From the NCBI GenBank assembly GCA_013265495.1, contig MU058844.1, positions 7,687,260 to 7,751,259 of the forward strand: a DNA stretch of 64,000 nucleotides. Direction: 5' to 3'. The DNA comes from Vicugna vicugna. Lineage: Eukaryota. Of the stretch, positions 38,198 through 49,700 are shown in pieces (position 1 is the first letter of the stretch; every line of letters starts with the position of its first letter). Position numbers and translations under genes: made by a program. A model generated the notes under the pieces. The model made no database searches, was not told the DNA's origin, and was given only the letters and a program-made list of their open reading frames with translations.

Positions 38198-38594
38198 TGT
38201 TACAGACTCAAGGTTTGTGTCCCCCCTCAGCATTCATGTACTGCAGCTCTAATCCCCACTGTGGCTGTATTTAGAGATGGTACTTCTAAGGAAATACTTA
38301 GGTTAAATGAGGTCATAAAGGTGGGGCCCTGATCTAATATGTTTAGTGTTCTTGCAAGAGACCCCGGAGATGTTTCCCTCCATCCCAAAGCAAACACACC
38401 AAGGAAGGGCCATGTGAAGACACAGAGAGAAGCTGGTCCTCTGCAAGTCAGGCAGAGAGACTTCACCAGATATCAAATGAGCTAGAATCTTTATCTTTGA
38501 CGTCTAGCCTCCAAAATTGTGAGAAAAAAAGTTATCTGTTTTTTTCATACCACCCAGTCCATGATATCTTATGACAGCCCGAGTAGACTAATAC
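38198..38594 (+). mobile_element. MLT1A-like LTR
   Basis: tgttacagactcaaggtttgtgtcccc...ggttaaatgaggtcataaaggtggggccctgatc...cagcccgagtagactaataca. Confidence 0.92.
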
Positions 38595-41500
38595 AGAAAT
38601 AGAAGGGACAAAGACAGGAGATAAAGAACTATGAGCTCAAGTTCAGGCCTCACAGATCTGAGAGGCTGGAAGAGGCATTCTCATTATTAAGCCACTAAGC
38701 CAAACCTTACACCAGGTCAAAAGTCAATTTATTCTTTTTAAAAATAAATTGTTTAGAGATATCCCTTAGGAAACATTGTCTACATTAATAGATTAATACT
38801 TTTTTTTGTTCCTGTAATAAAACTCATCTAGAAAAATACAAGTACTTTTCAAATTGTTTTTGTGTTTATCTCTATTGGCTACCAATGTATAAAATATGTA
38901 AATATGAATAAATCAATCTAATTAGATGCATTAACGTGACAGGTAATTGGAATGCATTTATTCCATAAGATCAAAAATTACTTTAATTTTCAAATTAAGA
39001 ATTGAAGACTTACTGAAAAATAAAAAATTCTATTTGTCTTCACAGGTCAATTTTTGTATTCACCAGTCAAATCACTCTCAATTTTAGTTTATTAAAAACT
39101 AAGTTTGTAATATGCATAGCACCTTTGACAATATATGAGGTCGTAGACTCACAGAATGTCAGAATCTGAAAATAATAATATGTTGTATTTTCCAAATCCA
39201 TTTATTCCTAAAGAAACAAGCAAAAAGACAAAAATAGTCTTGTGGCCCTATAACCCTCTGTGTTACTCCTTCCCTAGACTTCTGAAGCGTTTCCCTCTGG
39301 TTTTCCCCTTCCCTATAATTTTGTTTCATGCTAGAAATCATGGCAGCTATGTCAAAAACACCTGAATGGCTTGAGTAGGGACTTATTTAGAAAGGGTTTA
39401 TTGGAAATGGGCTCACTGGAACCTTGTTTAAACTTAAATGAGTATCATCCTGTAGGTATCAGTGAATCTAGATCAAGCTCTAGCTGCGCTTGAGCATGTC
39501 AGAGTTACATAAAAGATGCTGCATAAAAGTTAGGTCCGTGGACATTGCCCATGTGTTGGACAGTCCTTTCATACAGTGTCTAGCAACTTATACCAAGAAG
39601 TTACTGTTATAGAGAATGAGATAGGCTGGGTTCAAGGGACACACTGATTAAAGAAGGAACACTGGCCTACAATAGTGTACTTAGATATTCAAACACATCT
39701 GAAACAATGAAATCCTAAAACCTTTACCTATTTCTATTTAAGGAGATGCAGCACAGTAGACTACCTTATAGATGAGAGGTTCCCTGCTTACGGCTGACTT
39801 TAAGAGGAGATTCTAAAAGGCTCAGTTGTGGAGTAAATTTGGCAGTACTATTTTTATCACTATCCTATTCCCTTACAAGACTAAGACCTCTGATTAAGAG
39901 TGACACGTGCTCCTTCAGAATATTCAAGATTTGGACAAAATGAGAATCAGGCCAATAATTGAGACTGTTCATACTGGTTAGTGCCAAAACTCGGGGGAGA
40001 GAAGGGAGGAGGGAGCGGGGAAGGCAGAGAGAAAGAAGAGCTAACAATTGATTTCCTTACTTCCCTTGACAAACAAAAGAAAATTCCTAAATGCAGTAGT
40101 TCACGTATTCCTGAACATGCTACGTTCAAAGCAACTGAACTTTATTCTCTGTGGCTTCACAGTTAGGTTTGACTACCAGGAAAACCTGTACAAACCAACC
40201 TTTTCTGAAATTTGCTTCTTTCTTTACCAACTAAATTGACAAGCCAGTCAAACTAGTTAAACCATTTGCCAAAGTAGATGCCTCCCTATAAATATAATGA
40301 GAGCCCTGCCCGACTTGTGTCTCATTTGCTTCTCCTCTTGTTTCTCATTACACTTTAATAAGGTAAAGGCAGTAATGATCCACACTTAGGCAACCAGCTC
40401 ATTCTTACCATACGGAAAAAAAAAATCAATAGAGATGTTTTACTGAAAACACGAACAAATAATGAATCAATACTAATTTTTTTTTAAAGATGCAAAATTG
40501 AGAAGGAAAAGCAGAGGAAAGTCATGAGGAAGGCAGTGGTAAGACATCATGCTTGGTTCACATATCACCAGCTTGATATCCAGCTATCACAATGGTCAGA
40601 GCACATCCACACTAACCCCATCTCCTGAGACAATGAAAAGGATGTCGGCACAAGCTATTCTCTTAGTCGTCCTCTATTTCAAAATTACTACAGCACCGAC
40701 TGAGAACCTTAAATACAAAAGCCCAAAATTTGGGCTCTAATTTTGTGTTTCAACAGAATGCTGAGTCATGGCTGCTTAATTTTCTTAGAATATTTAAAAA
40801 CAAAATCATTACTAAACATGATTTGTGAAGACACATCAACTACAGTAACAGTTACAGAAGCTCTAACTCGGATAGGCTGCAAAGTTTCCCTCTACTGGGT
40901 GCAGAGAATAGAAAAAAAACATTTAAGATGCTAAGTCCTGAAGGACTGCATGAGGATATGGCACAGCTGTGGAGGGAGTGTTCAGGAGTTTGGAGAAGCT
41001 CAGGAAAAGCTCTACAGGGCTACAGTGTAGAGGATTATGCAGTTGTTTAAAGAGAGTAGAAGTTGGGCAAATTAAGAAATGAAATTCAAGCGTGACCCTC
41101 ATGCAGCAGGAAGGTGCGTGTACAATGATTTAGAAACATGTCTGGTGAGGAACAAACACCCAGCCTCTCTACATAAGAGAACGGAAGGAAAGAATTAAGT
41201 AAAAGGCAAACTAAAGGAGCTTAAATTTTACAGTCAGTATTTACAGGTTTTTTCTTTTTTCTTTTTTACCCATTTCCAAACTTAGTTCCAAAATCAACAT
41301 GTAAATAATCTCAATTCCTTGCCATTGACGTGAGGGTGGGGGAGACAATATGAGGATCAACTACGAGACCGAAGAGATAATAAAGGAGTAGGTTCACTCT
41401 CGAAAAATACATTATCTTCTTAGCTTATAGCTCAAATAGCTAGGAAATACTTCTAAGTTTGGGAGCAACTGCAGGATTTTAAGCATATGACAATTTAAAT

Positions 41501-41893
41501 GATGCATTAAAATTTTAAAACATTCATATATGTTATTTCGTGTAATCACTCAGGAAAAAAGCGGTAGAAACAAAGCCGTTTAGGCTATTTTTAGGCTATT
41601 ACTTTGAACAAAATAAAAGACACTAACAAGATTTTAAAGGAAGAAATCTGGTACCCTTGAAAGAAATTAAGACTTTCAAAGTTACCTTGAGATCTGGAGC
41701 ACAAGCTCAGCAAAGCTTAGGAGTCTGGCGGACTTGACGTTGACTTCCTGAGGGCTGGATAAGCGCACTCCTCCTGCTTAGCTTTCCACTGGTCCTGAAG
41801 ATGAAAACATGAAGAAATTTCAAACCATGAGGTTCAGAAGCAGGTGCCTTCAGGTTTGAAGAGGAGAAAGCAGATACAACAGCCAAAGAAGCC

Positions 41894-42065
41894 AGTGGTT
41901 TTCAAGGCTACTCTATCAGCATCACCTGAGAACTGTTAAGCAGTCAGGCCACTGGGCCCGCCCCCTCGTTTACTAAATCACTTACTCCTGGGGTAGAGCC
42001 CCCGCCTGCTGGTTTGGCAAGCTCTCCAGGTGATTCCAATGTATGCTCAAGTTTAGAAGCCACTG
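41894..42065. mobile_element. MER5A-like MITE
   Basis: Inverted termini cagtggttttcaa...tttagaagccactg; aagctctccaggtgattc. Confidence 0.85.
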
Positions 42066-43839
42066 GTATAACTAGTGTTCTAGAAGCAACAGAAGCAATT
42101 ATTTCAGCTTAAGTCCTGAGAGAGTGGCTTCATGATTAAAGAGCCCTGATCAAAAATCCTAGTTTGATAACTCCACGGGTAGCTAAGTATTTCAGTTTGC
42201 ACATGCCCGAGCAACTCAGTCTTGTTAGAAATGACCCCCTGAAAAGACATATAGGAAAATAAATCTATTACAAATATCAAAATCAGTAACATTTTATAAC
42301 ACCAAATCCGTTTGATTTTTTTCATTTCACTCTTTTTGGGATTACCCATCTCCAACACTCCTCTCCCTAAACACAAAATCTGCTATGTTAAAATCGAAGA
42401 ACTTTTATACACAAGGAAAGGAAGATATTTGATTGAGTTTTGTTCCATCATAACATATAGCAATACTTTCCTGCAGATTCATATTCAGCTGAAGAATATC
42501 CCTTATACCATTTCACTTAATAATGTCTTATTATTACTATATTCAGAACTGCCCTTCTCCTGTTTTTCTTTTTTTTTTAAAGCAGAGGCCAAGCAAATTG
42601 TTTCTAAAGTACTTTGACAAATATACAATAAAAATAAAAATAAAAATTCCATCTCATATTACCCTTGAATCTTTACTGTAAGATACTCAATATTATATAC
42701 TTGACTAAATATACGATTTTATTTTGAAGCGTAGAGTGTTCTAGTTTCCCTGTAGAACATCAGTCTTTCCAAAAAAAAAAAAAAAAGAGAGAAAAACTAA
42801 AGTCATTAAAGCTTTGATCTCTTATTTCACTCAGTTTCAAAGTCAGGCTAGTTATAAAAGCTTTAGACATATCATAATATGTTTTATTTCCACACTATTA
42901 ACTTTACTTTTATATAGAATTTAGGAATCATATCAAAGGAAATATTTTAAATCATTCCAGACTCCAGTTTAGTACGATGCAGCTTTTATTTATGAAATTT
43001 CTCTTCCTGTAACTATCCAAGCTTTATTAAACTTGGTGATTTGAAAAAGAAGGACCAGTCACCAAACATACCCAAACTGTGAAGGTTTATATGAAAAAAA
43101 TGTATCCTTCTGCTCTGATCCACTTGTTTGGTTTACGGGGATCCCAATAAAATCAGTCGAAGAAAACTTGTGCTTCCAAGTAATATATTCACAAGCTCTT
43201 CTGTCAGAAACAGAGATGCTCAGAAACCCCTCCATGAGAATCACCCTTCCCTTAGTAAGAAAATTCCTCCTCTTGTCAGTTCAAAGTCATTTATGCCGTA
43301 TCTTGAGATTAGATCTTTCACCTTCTACAAAAAAACTGAGAAGCATCAACTATTGCCATTACAACTGTTTCCCCAAGTAGACATAAAAACTTACGAAGAA
43401 GAGACCTCAAACTGTGCAGAGATCACTAAAATGATATTAGTGCTTTCCTAATGGGACAGGGTTAGTTGAAATAGTTTTATATACAGACAATTATAGTCTT
43501 TATCGGGTTTAATCATAAGTTTGTTATACACATAAACGATTCAGAACTTCGCATTTCCATTGTGCACAGCCATACTGAGTCACCAAGTCTTGCTATTATA
43601 CAAGTGATGTAGACATCAAAGGAACAGCCATATTTTTATTGAATTTCACACTCATAATTATCAAATTTATCTCTTCTCCCATTCTTATTCTGGAGGGAAA
43701 GTTATGAGCCCTAAAAAAGCATTGTTTCCAACATTTAAGAGTTACTATTTTTTGATCCTCCTTTCCTTCCAACAAAAGAAACTGAATTTTTCAAATTAGA
43801 AGTGCACACACACACACAGGAACAAGGACATATATCAAT

Positions 43840-44935
43840 TTATATGATTTAAGTAAACAAGAATGCCAGATAATATTCAATGACATTGTGTTAACTAAGA
43901 GATAAGTAACAGAAAAATCTCTGAATCATGTATAGCAAGACTCAATATTATCAAATATTTAATTCTCTCCATTATATTTTATAAATCCACCTAATTATAG
44001 TGAAAATCCAAAGGCAATTTTGTTATGAAACTTAATAAGATGGTGCCAATACATATTTGTACCAGATACTGTGGGACAAAACCCCAGATAAAAGAAGAGA
44101 TAACAACTACGTTTAAAAACTGGGAAAATTAAATAGAGAGGCTATTGGCAGAAAAAGAAATACACAGAAAATCAATATATTTGAAGATACTCAAGACTTG
44201 CCAGTGATCAGAGAACTGCAAATTGAAACATAAATGGAATATCATTTTTCTATCCAACTGGTTCAAAAAAAAAGACAATACCCAGTGCTGATCCTGGTAG
44301 GAGTACAGTGAAATAGGCTTAGGGTAATATTTCAAAGTAGCTGTCAAAATTTTAAATATTTACAACTTTTGACATAGCAAAATCATAACTAAGCATCTAT
44401 CCTTCAGAAATATTTAAACAGAAAGAAAAATATAAAAGTAAATTTAATGCAGCATTACTTACAGCAAAGCATCAGAACTGTAAACCTCCAGATTTGATAC
44501 AGGATGAGAATGTGTCCATGACATATAACCTGTTTGTATTTTTATACTTCCAAAAAGAACTACTACATGCATATACATAAAGATGTGCATGCTATTAAAA
44601 ATTTTATAAATGCATACAGAACAATCTGAAAGGATGATAACACACTATAAACAGAATGATAAAAATAACTAACACTAAGTAATCACTGTATGCCAGGTAC
44701 CGGGTATGTATTTTTTTATAGATTATCTCAATGAATCCTCCCATCAACCTTGTGACTAGGTGGGACTACTTAACAAATATGGAACCTGAAGATAAACATC
44801 AAAGCTCTCACAATATTACACTGTGGATGAGGGTGAATACCCAAGTGAAGGTAGATTTAAAGTTTTCACTATTGTCTTGCTGGAGTTTTTAAGAAAGAGC
44901 ATGCATATGGTAGTTTTCTAATTAAAAATAAAGAA
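43840..44935 (+). mobile_element. Decayed L1ME-type 3' region with an embedded MIR (about 44660-44800, minus)
   Basis: aagacttgccagtgatcagagaactgcaaattgaaaca; MIR actgtatgccaggtac...attatctcaatgaatcctc. Confidence 0.65.
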
Positions 44936-45499
44936 TCACTACCTAGCCACAGTCTCTTACCTCTTGGATTTCTCAGCAATACCAAAACAGCTATACTACA
45001 ACACAGAACATGGTAAGTACTTTAGAGAGAGAAATTCTGACTAAGATCATTTATAATGGAGGTAACATTTGAAATAGGCCCTGAAAAATGGGGAGGGCTT
45101 CAAAAGGTAGAGATGGGAGGGAAGTACTTAACAGAGCCGCATAAGTCATGACAAAAGGGTGAAAAAGTAAGTAGAAGATGAATCCAGGAGACGGCAAAGA
45201 ATTGCTGAACAGGATCTGAAGTTGTATTTAGCAGAACAGTAAGAGAGAGGAGAGTTGAGCTGTAGGAGGGCTTAAGTGATTTTGATATATCCAAGAAATG
45301 ACAAGGTAGAGTAGGAGATAAGGTTGAAGAAGCAAGAGAGCTTAAAGCACCATGATTTATTTAACAAATGACTAGAAAGTCAGCCCTTTGGATTAAAGTA
45401 TAATACCAATTCTTCAAAGAGGTGATTCCCAAACTATAGGCCATGTATCCTTGTAACTGGGCAAGTTTTTCCAAGAAGCTCACAAATCCATATACACAA

Positions 45500-46450
45500 T
45501 TAAAAAAAATTAGTATACAGTCAAAACATCTTAAATTTTTAAACTGGGCCTGCTTTCAGGCTGGATCCCACAATGGAAGAAACGATGTGGTTGATTTCTT
45601 ATTTTCCATCGGAGGCTCTCATTTCTGCTTCCCCACTCCATGGGCTGTAGCTAAGTCTTTCAGGATTGAAATGGGAAAAAGAGGTGAAGACAAGAAAGCT
45701 TCCCTTGACTGGCACAGATATAATTTGGTGTTGGTTTCCACTAGGCTTGCCAATGCAAAAAAATTTTTCTTTTTACAGGAGTTTATTTATGAGTTCTTCA
45801 GCACACTTCCCTTGCTCTCACTAGCAGTAGCTTTAGCCAAGGCTCTTCATCCTGTGGGTGATTACCTTTTGTTTAGGAAACTCTATAAAGAAGGTTTTAT
45901 TTTGGGGTCACATCATTCTGCTTGAACAAAAGCTTACATTTTTCCCCCTTGGGAAACAGGATCATCCTTGGCCTGGAATAACTCTGGGCTTACAAAGTAT
46001 TCCCAAAGCTACCATGTCTTGCTGTTCTATTATGAGAGCCACTACCCAGTCACAAGTCTCTCACCTTTTGGAGTTCTCAGATATAGATATGAAACTATAT
46101 TCTTTCAGCCAACAATTATTGGAGACACGGGCGAAGTTCTTGTTTGTCTCCTTGAAGCCCCTCTAAGCTTATGTACGGAGGAAATAGCCTTTTCAAGGTG
46201 GAGGAAGGGGTCAGCAACATTCTAGCAACTATTTCCATACAAATCCCTCCCCCCATGTTTGGACATTTCTATGCCAACTCTTTAATACACTTGATGTAGG
46301 TGAGGAGCTGAGGATTTTAAAACATATCTTGGATTACCCCTCCTTCCTCCTTTTCAAGTCCTGTGGAGATTCCACCCTTGCTTGGGGATGTGGAAATATT
46401 TGGCCAAAAATTGTCTTGGGTCTTCTACAAACAAATATTGAGCCCTAATT
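45500..46450 (-). mobile_element. Ancient non-LTR retrotransposon RT fossil, clade uncertain
   Basis: Minus strand: FLHLEKAISSVHKL (46206-46165), KNIVSYLY, VSPELF (45993-45976), GCA-GA(A)T-GAT-GTG = ADDV with a 1-nt insertion (45921-45909) and KLYL (45726-45715), in RT domain 3-7 order. Confidence 0.55.
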
Positions 46451-46754
46451 TACTATCCAGTTACAGAGCTAACTAAACCAGAAATTTCAAATGAAACCTA
46501 AAGAGGGCCCTCAGTAAGGTCTGAGGATGGACACAATATAACACCAAATTACATGACTGACTAGATGGGAAAAATATTCTTTAGAGTCAACTGAAGATAT
46601 AGCTACAAGAAAACAAGGAAAATCTGTAAGAGACAGCGACTCACATGTGTTCACTGTGACTGCTAACAAATGAAATATTTCTTCATTTCACAGTAAAGTT
46701 TCAACTGTCCTTAAATAATATTTTTATATCCCTTTCTAAAAATCCAGAATTAAA

Positions 46755-49700
46755 GAGCTCCTGGAGTCATGTCAGCAACATAGATGAATAAAGCATCCTT
46801 CATTTTACTGCCAACAATAATTTGGCATCCATCCACAGATAAAAGTATCTTTGTGGGAGCTATGGGATTCAGCATAATATGCCAAGGGACCCAGGAGGAC
46901 TCTTGCCCAGCCATGCATTGGGTAACAGGCATACAGACCTCAGTCCTAGCTGTGGACCCTGCAGTGGCTTGTAAACTGTCACCAGCCCCTCTCAACCACA
47001 GCCCAGGAGCCCTTGGCAAACACTGCCTTAGACAGTCACCTACAGACAAAAGAGCCTTCGTGGAAGTATAACTCTCCACTGGATAATTTCCAGAGGACTA
47101 CTGCAGAAAAACAAAAAAATGCACGTTTGGACACATTAGAGAGGGTAAGAGGAACAGTTTGACTTTACCTGATTACTCCCTCCCCTAACATGGCACTGCT
47201 CAATGCCAAGAAAGATCTCACTGTGGGATTTCTCCTGCAGGATAAAGTAAAAGTGTGAGTGAGCACCTGACTTCCCCAGCTGTAGGGGATTCTGCCAAAG
47301 AGGCCCATTTCTCCCACCCTATCCATGAGTTATATGACTGGAGAGTGAGAAGAGGCTGAGAGAGCAGCAGATAGCACCTTTGGAAGGTGTTAAAGCAGCA
47401 TGGATCCTCTTAATTACACTGAAACTCTATCAAGAACCCTGCCCATGAGCCACTGGGGATGCCCTGTTCATGGATTCCCTCCAATCAGCCAATGGGCACC
47501 TGTATTGGTCTACACATCTTATCCACATACACCTCTATCCTGTGGCCATTCCTTTTTTATGCTCCCAACAGCAAAGACAGCAGCTTTGACAGATAGCTAG
47601 TGAGTATCTGCAGAAAGCCAGACAGAATCCGTGGGCCAGGGAGAGACAACAAACTTGAGTTTTACCTCTGTCTTTTGGAAAGTAAAAAAGAGGCTGTCAG
47701 TACCTAGCCTGGTGCATTGCAGGATCAAGAAAAAGTATCTAAGCTTAAGAATTCTGTCACAAGAGTGAGTAAGAAACATCAAGCAGGCATATCCACAGAA
47801 GGTCTGAGAAAGCCTCAGAAAATGTAGCAGGCTGATGGAAGGTATTTCTTTATTAAAGTGAGTTGATTAAAAAAAAAAAAGAGAGAGAGAGAGACAGCTG
47901 CTACTTCAAATGTAAAAACAGCAACACAAGATTTCAAGAAAAGTGAAAAATCAAGGGAAAATTATACCACCAAAAGATCACAATAATATTCCAATTATTG
48001 TCCACAAAGACATGGAGATGGGCAGTTTACCCAATAAAGAACTCAAAATACCTGCTTTAAGGAAAGTCAATGAGCTACAAGAAAGCATAAAAAGACAATT
48101 CAATGAAATCATAAAAACAACACATGAAAAAAATGAGAAGTTTAATTAAGGGATAGAAATCACAAAAAAGAATCAAACAGTAATTCTGGAGATGAAGAAC
48201 ACAATAAATGAAATAAGAAAAAAAGTAACAGACACCATTAAAAGTAGGATGAAACAGAAGAAAGAATCTGTGAATTAGAGGACAGAAACTTTGAAGTTAT
48301 CTAGTTAGATGAGAACAAAGATAAAAGAACTTAAAAAGAATGAAGAAAGCTGACATAATCTATAGGATACCATCAAAAGAAACAATCTTCAAATTATCGC
48401 AGTTACAGAAGGAGAAGAGAAGGAGAAGGGGGAAGAGAACTTATTTTAAACAAATAATGGCTGAGAACTTTCCAAATTGCAGAGGGGTTTGATATGCATC
48501 ATTCCTGAAGCCCACAGGTCACCAAATTCAACTTAAGGAGATCTTCTCCAGGACACATTACAAAACTGTCAAAAATCAAAGAAAGTATCTTAAAAGCAGC
48601 AAGAGAAAAGTGACTTGTAACTAACAAAGGTAACCGCATAAGACTATAAGCATGTTTCTCAACAGAAACCTTACAGGCCAGGAGAGAGGGGGATGCTATA
48701 TTTAATGTGTCAAAAGAAAAAAAAACTACCAACCTGAATACCAGCAAAGTTTTTCTTCAGAAATGAAGGATAAATACTTTCCTAGATAAATAAAAGCTGA
48801 TGGAGTTCATTACCATTAGATCTACTTTATAAGACATATTGAATGGAATTCTTCAAGGTGAAATTAATAGACACTAATCAGTAACATAAAACACATGAAA
48901 ATGTATAACAAACCAGTAAAGATAAATATATAGTCAAATTTAGAATACTCCAATAATGTAATACAGTGGTATATTAAACACATATTCTAGCATAAAAGCT
49001 CAAGGACAAAAGTATTAAAAATAACTGTAGTTACAATAATTTGTTAATGAATACACAATATAAAAAGAAGTAAAATGTGACATAAAAATATATAATTGCA
49101 GACTAAGTGAATGAACTTCTGCATGCATTCAAAGTTAAGCTGTTATCGGCATAAAAAGACTGTTATAATTATAAAATATTCTATGTTAGCCTCATGGTAA
49201 CCACAAAGCAAAAACCTACTGTAGCTACACAAAGATAAAGAGAAGGGAATCAAAGTGTATCACTACAGAAAAATCATCAATTCACAACGGAAAGCAGCAA
49301 GAGGAAGAAGGGAACAATGGAATTACAAAACAGCAAGAAAATATTGAGATGACATTAGTAAGTCTTTATTTTAAAAAATGATTCTAAATGTATACAGATT
49401 AAAATTTCCAATCAAAAGGCAAAGTATAGCTACATACAATTTTTTAAAAAGACCCAGCTATGTGTTGCCTACAAGAAACTCACTTCAGCTTTAAGAATAC
49501 ACATAGGCTCAAAGTGAAGGGATGTAAAAAGACATGCCATGCATGTAAAAACCAAAAGACAGCAGGGGTAGCTATAGTAACATCAGATAAAACAGACTTG
49601 AAGCCAAAAATTGTAACAAAGAATGTCACTATATAATAATAAAGGCTTCAATTCATCAAGAGAATATAACAATTATAAATATATATACACAAACCATGAG

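Noticed and set aside
43071..43451. Overlapping ORFs plus minus-strand splice signals; faint Charlie zinc-finger resemblance (HPSLSKK)
   Set aside because: Stops in all frames of the spliced unit, motif spacing is wrong, and no recognisable protein.
45443..45925. Longest ORF (160 aa, plus strand) as a novel gene
   Set aside because: No recognisable domain or gene context; it lies antisense to the RT-like fossil.
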